A stretch of 64,000 nucleotides of DNA from Escherichia coli (GTDB taxonomy: Bacteria; Pseudomonadota; Gammaproteobacteria; Enterobacterales; Enterobacteriaceae): assembly GCF_024502345.1 (NCBI RefSeq), contig NZ_JALDNN010000001.1; one strand, given 5' to 3'. A program made the translations under genes and the position numbers. A model generated the notes under the pieces. It made no database searches and was not told where the DNA came from. It saw only the letters and a list, made by a program, of their open reading frames with translations. Numbering within the stretch: the first letter of the stretch is position 1; every line of letters begins with the position of its first letter. Of this stretch, positions 29,555 through 41,234 are shown piece by piece.

Positions 29555-31336
29555 TTATTCATAGTGCATGAAGCAGGTTTCAGTCGGTGCGTCCGCTGCG
29601 TTATCGGCGATATCTTCAAATTCCATGACGTTATCCAGTTCGCTGCCCATCGAAATATTGGTCACACGCTCGAGAATAACTTCCACGACTACCGGTACCC
29701 GATATTGCGCCATTAAGGCTTTCGCCTGTTCAAAGGCTGGCGCAATATCTTCCGGTTTGAAGACCCGAATAGCTTTACAACCTAAACCTTCCGCTACTTT
29801 TACGTGGTCGACGCCGTAACCGTTCACTTCGCTGGAGTTAATATTTTCGAACGCGAGCTGTACGCAGTAATCCATATCAAACGCGCGCTGCGACTGGCGA
29901 ATCAGCCCCAGATAAGCGTTGTTGACCAGTACATGGATGTACGGAATGTTGAACTGTGCGCCAACGGCTAATTCTTCAATCAGGAACTGGAAGTCGAAGT
30001 CACCGGAAATCGCCACCACATTGCGTTTCGGATCAGCGGCACAAACCCCCAGCGCCGCCGGAATCGTCCAGCCTAACGGACCAGCCTGACCACAGTTGAT
30101 CCAGTGGCGGTCTTTAAAGACATGCAGCATTTGTGCCGCAGCGATTTGTGACAGGCCAATGGTGGTGACATAACAAACATCGCGACCAAAGGCTTTGTTC
30201 ATCTCTTCATACACGCGCTGCGGTTTCACCGGCACGTTGTCGAAATGGGTTTTGCGCAGCAAAGTGCGTTTGCGCTGCTGGCAGTCGGCGACCCATTCTT
30301 TACGACACGGCAGACGACCCGCTTTTTGCATCTCCTGCGCCACTTCAACCAGCAGTGTCAGCGCCGCTTTAGCATCAGAAACAATGCCGAGATCCGGACA
30401 CAACACGCGGCCAATTTGCGTCGGCTCAATATCGATATGAACGATTTTGCGCCCTTCGGTGTATTTCTCTACCGAACCGGTATGACGGTTAGCAAAACGG
30501 TTACCGATACCAAACACCATGTCGGACGCCAGCAGCGTTGCGTTACCGTAACGATGCGCGGTTTGCAGACCGACCATCCCGGCCATCAGTTCATGATCGT
30601 CCGGGATACAGCCCCAGCCCATCAGTGTTGGGATCACCGGAACGCTGGTCAGTTCAGCAAACTGTTGTAACAGTGCAGCTGCGTCAGCATTGATTACCCC
30701 GCCCCCGGCAACAATCACCGGACGTTCGGCCTGGATTAACATTTCTACAGCTTTTTCGATCTGCATACGGCTGGCAGCAGGTTTGTAGACCGGCAGCGGT
30801 TCGTACATGTCAGGATCAAACTCGATTTCCGCAACCTGAACGTCGAACGGTAAATCCACCAGTACCGGACCCGGACGACCAGAACGCATCAGGTGAAATG
30901 CCTGTTGCAGCACGCGAGGCACCAGCGCCGCTTCACGTACTGTAACCGCCATTTTGCTGACCGGTTTAGCAATTGCTTCAATATCTACGGCCTGAAAATC
31001 TTCTTTATGCAGACGGGCGCGCGGAGCCTGGCCGGTAATGCACAGAATAGGAATGGAATCAGCAGAAGCAGAATAGAGCGCGGTGATCATGTCCGTGCCC
31101 GCAGGACCGGAAGTCCCCAGACATACGCCGATATTCCCTGCCGTTGCGCGGGTATAACCTTCCGCCATGTGCGAAGCACCTTCCACATGACGCGCCAGAA
31201 TGTGACGAATACCGCCATGCTTACGCATCGCTGAGTAGAACGGATTGATTGCAGCTCCCGGAACACCGAAGGCGGTGGTGATACCTTCTTTCTCCAGCAC
31301 ATACATTGCCGCGTCAACGGCTCTCATTTTTGCCAT
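29555..31336 (-). CDS. gcl: Glyoxylate carboligase
   Basis: 593 aa from [34 protein letters not shown]...; the 623-aa ORF in the track is an N-terminal overextension. Confidence 0.9.
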
Positions 31337-31425
31337 TTTATTCCTACCTCTATTAATTGGAAAAATTTTCCAACTTTCAAATTTTGTCAAAAAAACCCGC
31401 TCCGCAGAGCGGGATGCGACAGACA

Positions 31426-32241
31426 TTATGGATGTGCTTTCAGTCCCAACGCCGTGCTGATATCGCGGGCGGTGTCTCTGACCAGCTCACCCTGACTGAC
31501 AAAACGATCTTCTGTCAGTCTTGATGAAGGCCCGGAGATGGAGATAGCGGCAACAACGCTACCGACATCATCGTAAATTGCTGAAGCTATGCAATTCAGA
31601 CCTACAACATGCTCTTCTTTATCTACGGTATAGCCCAGTTCACGCGCTTGTTCCAGGTCCTTCAGCAAGGTGGGCATATCCACAAGCGTAGTTGGCGTAA
31701 ACTGCTGCAAACCGGTTTGCAGAATGATGCTCATCAACTCCTCTTCCGCCAGCGGATAAAGCAACGCCTTGCCCGCACCGGAAGCATGCAGCGGCAGACG
31801 ACTGCCCAGTGGCGCACACATCCTGACCATCGATTTACACTCTAACTGACCAATTAATACCGCTTCATTGCCGTTACGGATCGCGACATTGACCGTTTCG
31901 CCGGAAAGTAACATCAGACGGCGCATAAACGGCCCGGCGACGGAGAGGACATCGCGGTTATGGATGTACGCCGCACCGACGTTAAAGACACCTAATCCTA
32001 TATGCCACCAGCCTAATTGACTGTCCTGATAGACAAAATCCGCTGCCTGTAAAACCTTCAGCAAGCGAAAGGTCGTGGAGAGCGGCAAATCCAGATTGAG
32101 AGAAATATCGCTAACCGACGAACTTCCCCCACTTTTTTCCAGATATTGCAGAATCGCAATTCCCCGCTCTAACGCCTGTGCGCCCTTCTGTGCCACAGGC
32201 TCCGCCTGTCCTGGCCTGCCGCGCCGTCTAACTTCCGTCAT
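31426..32241 (-). CDS. allR: IclR-family allantoin regulon repressor
   Basis: 271 aa, [34 protein letters not shown]... Confidence 0.9.
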
Positions 32242-32318
32242 ACCTACGTTAACTCCGACCTACAAGTGAGCATAAACAATGAACAATTAGTTTATCTTAT
32301 GCAAGTCGGTTGCAGGCG

Positions 32319-32801
32319 TCACGCAAAACAGAGTTCCTGTTCAGGAATACTTTCAACATCACAGTTGTCACTGCCGCCGCGATCGATGGTCAGAAAATCG
32401 GTGACGCGCTGCCAGGCGAAAAGTGGGTGATGCCAGACGTTACGATGGTAATTCACCCCCTGTTCGCCGTTGGTGATAAACGCCCGCAGCGTTGACAGGT
32501 CTGGTTTGTCGTCGCCTAACGCCACGACCACCACAAACACTTCACCTTTCATCGGGATAAAGGCCTGAGTGCCCAGCGGATGACGTTCGAGTTCGTGAAT
32601 GGTCAGCGGCAGATTCGCCGGTTGCGCGCGGTTAATGCTGATAAGCGTACGGTCTTGCTCAAGAATCTCAACCAGCGCCAAATCGTGGTAACGCTCCACC
32701 AGGCCATTGTTAATATGGAAAAAATCCCGTTGCTGCGTTTCGATTACGTCGCCATAAGCACTAAAGGCTTCCTGACTTAACGGTAATACCTGAAGTTTCA
32801 T
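32319..32801 (-). CDS. allA: Ureidoglycolate lyase
   Basis: 160 aa, [34 protein letters not shown]... Confidence 0.9.
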
Positions 32802-33030
32802 CTTTTTGTCCTTGTAACATAATTCCGTTCAACCACCGCCGACCGGTCAGCTTGGTTTCAATAACAAGCAATCTAAAACCTTAAGAGAACAACATCAATA
32901 CAAAAGTTGGAATATTTTTCCAAAACTAGATTTAGTCCACAAATTGAACAGGGTTATCATGTAAAAATACTGATAAATCAGAGGATAAGAAAATCACGCA
33001 ACTTGCGGATTTAAAAGGGGATACCTGAAG

Positions 33031-33957
33031 ATGTTCGATCCAGAAACCTTGCGGACTTTCATTGCGGTTGCTGAAACAGGAAGTTTTTCAAAAGCGGCAG
33101 AACGATTATGTAAAACCACGGCGACGATCAGTTATCGCATTAAACTTCTGGAAGAGAATACCGGAGTAGCGCTGTTTTTCCGCACGACTCGCAGCGTGAC
33201 GTTGACAGCGGCTGGCGAGCATCTACTTTCCCAGGCCAGAGACTGGCTGAGCTGGCTGGAAAGTATGCCAAGCGAGCTGCAACAGGTGAATGATGGCGTG
33301 GAACGCCAGGTGAATATTGTCATCAACAACCTGCTCTACAACCCCCAGGCCGTCGCCCAGTTGCTGGCGTGGCTGAATGAACGTTACCCCTTTACCCAGT
33401 TTCATATCTCCCGACAAATCTATATGGGCGTCTGGGATTCGCTATTATACGAAGGTTTTTCACTGGCTATCGGCGTCACGGGAACCGAGGCGCTGGCAAA
33501 TACCTTTAGTCTTGATCCCTTAGGATCGGTGCAATGGCGCTTTGTCATGGCGGCGGATCATCCGCTGGCGAACGTTGAAGAGCCGCTAACAGAAGCGCAG
33601 TTGCGGCGCTTTCCGGCGGTCAATATTGAAGACAGCGCCCGCACCTTAACCAAACGCGTCGCCTGGCGATTGCCAGGGCAAAAAGAGATTATTGTTCCTG
33701 ATATGGAAACGAAAATCGCCGCCCATCTTGCGGGCGTTGGCATTGGTTTTTTGCCAAAATCGCTTTGCCAGTCAATGATCGATAATCAACAACTGGTTAG
33801 CCGGGTAATCCCAACGATGCGCCCTCCTTCGCCATTGAGTCTGGCATGGCGCAAATTTGGCAGCGGCAAAGCGGTAGAAGATATTGTGACCTTGTTTACC
33901 CAGCGCAGGCCGGAAATCAGCGGATTTTTAGAAATTTTCGGCAACCCACGCAGTTAA
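33031..33957 (+). CDS. allS: LysR-family activator of allDCE
   Basis: 308 aa, [26 protein letters not shown]... Confidence 0.9.
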
Positions 33958-34010
33958 AAATCAAGTTTCCTTGCGCGTTGGCGCGTAAAATAGCGCGCAA
34001 GCTGATTTGA

Positions 34011-35120
<1,110 letters not shown>

Positions 35121-35199
35121 TGAGGGACGTATTTGTATTAGTCGCGACTTGATCTGACACATGGCCTTGAAAGGTTGAGAGTTACCGGTTTTGATATGA

Positions 35200-35580
35200 G
35201 TGTCGAATCCTTATCCAAAACAAGAGGTAACTCTCATGCTTCATACTGCCAATCCCGTCATCAAACACAAAGCCGGTTTGCTCAATCTGGCTGAAGAACT
35301 CAGCAACGTATCAAAAGCCTGTAAAATCATGGGCGTTTCGCGTGATACGTTTTATCGTTACCGCGAACTGGTCGCTGAAGGCGGTGTGGATGCGCAGATT
35401 AATCGTAGTCGCCGCGCTCCTAACCTTAAGAACCGTACCGATGAGGCAACTGAACAGGCTGTTGTTGATTACGCCGTCGCTTTCCCGACACATGGTCAGC
35501 ACCGGGCCAGCAACGAGCTGCGTAAACAGGGGGGTTTTTATCTCCGACAGTGGTGTCCGTTCTGTCTGGTTACTCCATAA
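35200..35580 (+). pseudogene. ybbD: IS481-family-like transposase, N-terminal fragment
   Basis: 126-aa ORF with HTH ...KACKIMGVSRDTFYRYRELVAEGGVDAQINRSRRAPNLKNRTDEATEQAVVDYAVAFPTHGQHRASNELRKQG...; the DDE catalytic domain is missing. Confidence 0.6.
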
Positions 35581-35620
35581 CCTTGAGAATCTCAAAAGAC
35601 GATACTGAACAAATTTTATC

Positions 35621-35756
35621 AGGTGACGTTCCGTAAAAAGTTGTATGGAGTTCTCGATGCAGTCGGCGCGACTATCAGTACCCCCGCTGAACCCTGGACT
35701 ATCGGGCCGCCGTACTGGGGCATGTCACCCTGGCGTGCCGCTGGTTTTCCGCTAAT
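35621..35756 (-). pseudogene. ylbH: Orphan Rhs N-terminal fragment
   Basis: Reads [26 protein letters not shown]..., about 80% nucleotide identity to the first ~95 nt of the rhs gene at 40806, but with ATT where that gene has ATG. Confidence 0.7.
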
Positions 35757-36122
35757 GGTTTATTTCCTCTTTCTTTCCCGGCAAGAATTTATTTTAATCC
35801 GGAAGGATTATTTATTTTCAGATAGGGACTCACATTAAACACGTAACATTTTAATTAATGCATGGCTGAATATGTATTACACAATGTCAGATATCGTAAA
35901 AGACCAGTGCAATTCTATGTAAACTCTCTGACTGTTCATTTTATTTGTTGTTTCAGGGTCGGAACTCACCCTCAATAAACAACTGAATACGAGTAGATAT
36001 TCATCGTCTGAGCTATATGGCTTTACACAATAGCCGACATGTCTTTTCTCAGTCAGGAATTTTACTTTTCCTCACTACGAAGTTGACGACTTCGATATGG
36101 GATAGACTCTTAATTCAAGCAA

Positions 36123-36584
36123 TTACTCTGCACAAGCATCAGGCAATCCAGCTCCAATATTTGTTATAAAATAATGCGTAACATTAATTTCACCAACAAA
36201 AAAAAGGTTTACACCATCCCCTTGCCCTGGTATCTTACCATATTTACACCACACTTTTTTTGTATCTGGATCATTCTTTGATACGATTTTCGCCACTTGT
36301 TCCCTGGCCCTCACTGTCAATGTTTTCTTAAACCTACCCCCATCATCATTTGTTAGGGAAAAATAAGAAAAAAAATAATCATCTTCTACATTTGTGTATA
36401 TTGATATATCCACCGCTACGTGCGGAAAAAAATCTGGGAGCCATGTAAAAACTCCATCATTTTCTGGTATTGCCATATAGTTTATGTAATGTTTACTTAC
36501 AAGAGATTCATCTTTGTATAAATAAAGATAAGTAATTACGCATAAAACAACAATGATTATAATAGCAAAAATAAATATTATCAT
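36123..36584 (-). CDS. Putative Rhs immunity protein (N-terminal transmembrane helix)
   Basis: AT-rich ORF just downstream of the rhs stop; MIIFIFAIIIIVVLCVITYLYLY...; the longer version starting at 36614 would overlap rhs by 20 nt. Confidence 0.6.
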   Translation of the reverse strand: MIIFIFAIIIIVVLCVITYLYLYKDESLVSKHYINYMAIPENDGVFTWLPDFFPHVAVDISIYTNVEDDYFFSYFSLTNDDGGRFKKTLTVRAREQVAKIVSKNDPDTKKVWCKYGKIPGQGDGVNLFFVGEINVTHYFITNIGAGLPDACAE

Positions 36585-36594
36585 CTTTGATAGA

Positions 36595-39500
36595 TTACTT
36601 GAGATAGCCAGCATCTTGTAAAGCCTTTATCGTTTTTTTATGCTCTGGATTAATATAATCACTACATCTATCTGAGCAATCTGTTGTTGATGGACATGTC
36701 AACCCATGGTCATTTACAGCCAAGTCTTTTTTATTATCTTCAATCATTTCAGAATGGGATAGCTTTACTTTTCTGCCGTACATACCGAACAGATTTAACC
36801 CGTAATCTCTAATCTCTTTTTCATAACCCAGCCCTTTCGCCGATCGGCTAACACCAGCGTCATTTAATTTAGACACTCGACAAAATGCCATACAATGAAA
36901 AAATTGATCAGTCCCACCTAAATTTAATCTCTTCATATCTTCATAAGTATCAGATAATATATCCCATGCTCTTTGATGGTTTAGTTGATCTTTTCTTCTT
37001 ATTAGCGCTACATCTGCGGGACTTAACCCTAATGGATCAATACCATTCACCGGATTCAGCGGATACGCATACAGACTCCATCCCCCCTCCAGCCCTATCG
37101 GGTCCTGAGTGATATACCGCCCCTGCAACGGATCGTAGTACCGGTTCCGGTTGTAGTACAGCCCCGACTCCTTATCATACTGCTGCCCCGGCAGCCGGTA
37201 CGGCTGGTGCAGGTGATGCGGGTTCTCCTCATTAAGCTGGTTGCCCCATTCATCATATTCCGCGCTCCACGCCGTATTGCCGTCTTCACTGATAAGCGCC
37301 AGCGGCAGGCCCCGGTGGTCACAGTGATAAAGATGTATTTTTCGCTCAGGCAAATAAACCGGCTCTATCTGTGCCGCCAGCCGCTCCACCGTCAGCCCGC
37401 ACTGCGCAAGCCACTGGCGGCTTTCACTGCTCACGCAGTTTGCCCGGATTTCCCCCTCCAGCCTGTCCAGCAGCCCCACCAGTTCAGCCGGGAACACCAC
37501 ACCGTGACCGTCTTCGCTCCCTTCCTGCTGTAACTTCTCCGCCAGGCTGCGGCACTGCGCTTTCTCCCGTTCACCGTTGTCTGTTTCGATGCGGATGAGC
37601 GGCGCGAAGCTCCCCGGCAGGTAGACCGTCTGGATTCGCGTGGTATCTGTCTGTACCGTCGTCAGGCGGTCTCCGTCCCAGCCGTACCATGTCATCTCCG
37701 GTTTACGCGACAGCGACATCCACCCCGTCAGGTCACGCTCCCGCCGCCATACCCGTTTCGCCATTCGCCGTCCCAGCGGGTCGTAGAGGTAGCGGCTCTC
37801 GACCAGTGGCTCGCCATGCTGTATCCGCGTGTGGAACACCAGGCGGTGCTGGCTGTCGTAGTGGTAGTGGTGGGTCCGCTCGTCGTCCGTCCGTATCACA
37901 CCCGTCGGGATGCGGTCCGTCTTCTCCGTCAGTCTGCCGTATTCATCATAGTGGTAAACATAGTGCGCATCCTCTGCGATGCGGTTATCCGGCCACGCCG
38001 TGAGCGTGCTGTCCGGGTGTAGCTCCGGGTCCGGCAGGCGGTTTCCCGCCGGGTCGGTGGCATACGGGATGCGGATGTCCAGGTCCGGTGCGAGGGTGCG
38101 CACGCTCTCCAGCCTGCCCGTGGCACTGTAGCCGTATTCCCGCGTCTGTCGCGGACCGCTGATGCGCACCAGGTCGCCGTTGTCATTCCACCCGTAGTCA
38201 CGGTCATACACCAGGCTGTTCAGGTGCTGGCTCTGTAACTGGCCTGCGGGGGTGTATGTGCTGGTCAGTTCATATGCGGCATTACTGCCTGCCATGCTGC
38301 CAAAGCTGCGCACCGTCTCCCGGTGCAGGCGGTCGCGCGTGTACTCCAGCAGCGGCGTGTCGCCGAGCTTCATGCCCGCCAGATAACCGCTGCCATACGT
38401 CAGCCACTCCACCGGCGGCAGGCTGTCCGGCGTGACGCGGTTTGCCAGCCCCTGTTCGTTGTAGGCGTGCGTTGTCTCATGCTGCCACAGCAGTTCCCCC
38501 GTCTCCGGGTTCTCCACCGTCTGGCGTTCGCCGGTCAGGCGGCCTTTATCGTCATAGCCGTAGTGGACCGACACGCGGTGGCCTTCACTGGTATGGCTGA
38601 GGGTGGTTAACCACCCGTGCTCATCATACTGCCACTGCTCTGCCGGGTCGCCGTTCACCGTCCGGTGCGTGATGCGGTCCGACGCATCGTAGTGCCAGAG
38701 GGTGATAAGCCCCTCATCCTCACTCTGCGTGAGTTTTCCGGTCAGGTCATAATGATAACGTTGCGTCCGCCCGTCAAAGCCGCCCTGCTGTACCAGCCGG
38801 TCCAGCGCATCGTAGCTGAAGTCGCTGTGACTGCCGTTCTCGTTAGTCAGACTGATGACACGTCCGGCAGCATCGTACTCCATACTGCGCGTCAGCCCGC
38901 CCTGCGTGGTGCTGACCGCCTTTCCCCACGCATCGTACTGTGTCTCGCTCCGGTTGCCGTCCGGGGTGATAACGGCAGTCAGGTCGCCTGCGGCGTTGTA
39001 CTCATACTGCGTTTCACGGCCCTGTGCGTCTTTCACCGAGGTTAACCGGCCACGGTTGTCATAGTGGCGGTAAAGGCTGATACCTTCCTCGCGGTGAACC
39101 GCCGTCATCTGGCCGAAGCGGTCGTATTCATAGCGGGTCTGGTAGCCCGAGCAGTCAGTGAACGCCAGCAACTGCCCGTAGCGGCTCCACGTCATCTGCC
39201 GGGTGCTGCCCGTCGCATCCGTTGTCGTCGCCGGTAACTCACTGTGCGCGTCATCGTAGCGGTAGCGTACTGTCTCCCCGCTGCGCGATGTCTCCGATAC
39301 CAGCCTGCCCGGTTCATCATATTCCCGGCGGCTCTCCAGCCCGTCCGGGTACACCACCGCCGTCAGCTGGTTCCCGTCGTTATAGTAAAATTTCGTCTCC
39401 CGCCCGTCCGGTGTGGTGATGTCCGTGATATCGCCGGACACCACATTCAGACCGTACTCTGTCCGCCGTCCCGCCGCGTCCGTCTGCGCCGTGAGCCTTC

Positions 39501-40806
39501 CTGCCGCGTCATACCCGCTGCGCGTGACGCTGCCGTCCGCCAGTTCTTTTTTCACCACCCGTTTCAGCCCGGCCCCGCCTTCTGTATGCAGCACCTCACG
39601 CCGGTTCAGGCTGTCGGTGACGGTGATGCGGTCCTGCTCATAAAGATAGCGGTAGCTTAACCCTGCCGGGTTCAGTTGCTCCACCACCCGCCCCGTATCG
39701 TCGTAGCGGTAGCGCATCTCCGGCCTGCCTGCATAACGGTGCCCCACCATCCGGCCCCGGTATTTATCATCGTAAGTAAAGTGGCGCATCTGCGTACCGC
39801 TGCGGTCATACACCGCCGCCAGCTCACCGCGTGGCGTCCAGTCGTAGCACACCAGTGGCGCGGCAGGTAAATTTTCCGGGTATTCCGGGTCGTGCATCAG
39901 CCACACCGCCGAAAGACGGATACCGCTGTCAGCGCCGTATTCCGTACCGGGCAGTGTGTCGGGGAAGGAAGGAGCTGAGAGAGGGCGGGGACTGTCAGGG
40001 GAAGATAACGAAGCGGTGTGCGGTTTACGGGCCTCTTCCGCCCGCTGTGCCTGTGTGGTCAGTACCAGACGGAACTCCCGCCCGGCACCGTCCGTCACGC
40101 CGGTGATTTCCCCGGCCAGGTCACCGGCGGCCTCACGCCGGTACGCCAGCGTCCGCCCGAAGCGGTCCGCCATCCCGGTAAGCACCCGGTACGGCGGCAG
40201 CGGCGCTGGCAGTAAGTCCTCAGCACCCGGCACCCGCTCAGACCACCCCAGTATCCACCACGGCCCCTGTGCGCTGTTGGTCGCCAGGTAAAGATGCGGG
40301 CTTAACCGGATATCCGGTGGCAGCGACGCCCACAGCCGTGCCAGCGTGTGGCCGTCCGGCTGCGCTGCCTTACCGCCACGCACCAGCCACATTGACTCAC
40401 TGCGGCTGTACACCGCCTCCCCCGGCAGCAGCGGCTCAAAGTGAATGCTCCGCCCGCCGTTGTCGTTGAGTATCAGTGCATCATCGCGTATCTGTAAGCG
40501 GATATCAGAAGGCGCTTTCCAGCCGGGGCCGAAAACGCCCACCGGTGCAGGCGTCTTCGTCCGGTAGCTGCTGTAGGTGCGGGAGAGAATGAACGGCAGC
40601 GGGCCGGGCAGCGCAAGGTCCGTCTCGCCGGGCTGTACTTTTGCACCGAGCAGCGGGTTCACCGGGTTGCCCGAGGTCATCCCGCCCGGACACACCGAGC
40701 ACGCCACGCCAGTTGGCGCGCCAATTCTTACACCTGCCGAACCCTGGACAATGGGACCGCCATACTGAGTCATATCTCCCTGACGCGCCGCTGGTTTTCC
40801 GCTCAT
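36595..40806 (-). CDS. rhsD: Rhs-family polymorphic toxin (YD-repeat protein)
   Basis: 1403 aa; N-terminus [25 protein letters not shown]; many YD repeats; DPxGL motif ([12 protein letters not shown]) followed by a 141-aa AT-rich C-terminal tip (about 36598-37020). Locus equated to rhsD by position. Confidence 0.9.
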   Translation of the reverse strand: MSGKPAARQGDMTQYGGPIVQGSAGVRIGAPTGVACSVCPGGMTSGNPVNPLLGAKVQPGETDLALPGPLPFILSRTYSSYRTKTPAPVGVFGPGWKAPSDIRLQIRDDALILNDNGGRSIHFEPLLPGEAVYSRSESMWLVRGGKAAQPDGHTLARLWASLPPDIRLSPHLYLATNSAQGPWWILGWSERVPGAEDLLPAPLPPYRVLTGMADRFGRTLAYRREAAGDLAGEITGVTDGAGREFRLVLTTQAQRAEEARKPHTASLSSPDSPRPLSAPSFPDTLPGTEYGADSGIRLSAVWLMHDPEYPENLPAAPLVCYDWTPRGELAAVYDRSGTQMRHFTYDDKYRGRMVGHRYAGRPEMRYRYDDTGRVVEQLNPAGLSYRYLYEQDRITVTDSLNRREVLHTEGGAGLKRVVKKELADGSVTRSGYDAAGRLTAQTDAAGRRTEYGLNVVSGDITDITTPDGRETKFYYNDGNQLTAVVYPDGLESRREYDEPGRLVSETSRSGETVRYRYDDAHSELPATTTDATGSTRQMTWSRYGQLLAFTDCSGYQTRYEYDRFGQMTAVHREEGISLYRHYDNRGRLTSVKDAQGRETQYEYNAAGDLTAVITPDGNRSETQYDAWGKAVSTTQGGLTRSMEYDAAGRVISLTNENGSHSDFSYDALDRLVQQGGFDGRTQRYHYDLTGKLTQSEDEGLITLWHYDASDRITHRTVNGDPAEQWQYDEHGWLTTLSHTSEGHRVSVHYGYDDKGRLTGERQTVENPETGELLWQHETTHAYNEQGLANRVTPDSLPPVEWLTYGSGYLAGMKLGDTPLLEYTRDRLHRETVRSFGSMAGSNAAYELTSTYTPAGQLQSQHLNSLVYDRDYGWNDNGDLVRISGPRQTREYGYSATGRLESVRTLAPDLDIRIPYATDPAGNRLPDPELHPDSTLTAWPDNRIAEDAHYVYHYDEYGRLTEKTDRIPTGVIRTDDERTHHYHYDSQHRLVFHTRIQHGEPLVESRYLYDPLGRRMAKRVWRRERDLTGWMSLSRKPEMTWYGWDGDRLTTVQTDTTRIQTVYLPGSFAPLIRIETDNGEREKAQCRSLAEKLQQEGSEDGHGVVFPAELVGLLDRLEGEIRANCVSSESRQWLAQCGLTVERLAAQIEPVYLPERKIHLYHCDHRGLPLALISEDGNTAWSAEYDEWGNQLNEENPHHLHQPYRLPGQQYDKESGLYYNRNRYYDPLQGRYITQDPIGLEGGWSLYAYPLNPVNGIDPLGLSPADVALIRRKDQLNHQRAWDILSDTYEDMKRLNLGGTDQFFHCMAFCRVSKLNDAGVSRSAKGLGYEKEIRDYGLNLFGMYGRKVKLSHSEMIEDNKKDLAVNDHGLTCPSTTDCSDRCSDYINPEHKKTIKALQDAGYLK

Positions 40807-41234
40807 ATAAAGTGCCCTTTTAGTTATTGTTCATATCCCTGTGTTAGCAACAAAAAAAATAAAATGACACACAAGACCAGCTAATGTATTTATATATTTT
40901 TCACATAAACTTATTTGTTCTCAATCAACAACAACTGTTATTACAGGTCACTTTCAATATTTTATTAAACTAAAATTTTTAGCACAGATGAATTCATCAT
41001 CAACAAATTCACTATATGGATAATATCCATTCAACGCATATGATTTATGATTTTATTAGTCTGAGTTATTTTTGTAGGGCTATATTTAAAATTATTAAAC
41101 TCCACCGATTCAGATTAATATCGCAATAGAAAGATAGGAAATCACCAATTCAATAACATCATCAATGAAACATATTGTAGAATTAATTTAAACAAGGCGT
41201 TCCATTCAACCAGAACGCCCCTTATTTACTCTCA

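Noticed and set aside
29555-31426. 623-aa version of gcl, and the longer tracked starts for purE, tesA, fetB, ybbN, ybcI, ybcJ, fimZ, allC and glxK.
   Set aside because: The conserved N-termini begin at internal methionines; the upstream extensions run through intergenic sequence, so shorter coordinates were used.
35623-35838. 71-aa + strand ORF (MTFRKKLYGVLDAVG...).
   Set aside because: It is the antisense reading of the orphan Rhs N-terminal fragment; the same antisense peptide appears opposite the rhs start at 40577-40768.
37207-40469. Many 60-140-aa ORFs on the + strand inside rhs (e.g. 37207-37533, 38617-39045, 39244-39660).
   Set aside because: They are antisense to a well-supported 1403-aa gene in GC-rich repeat DNA, where stop codons are rare; no ribosome-binding sites or protein-like composition.
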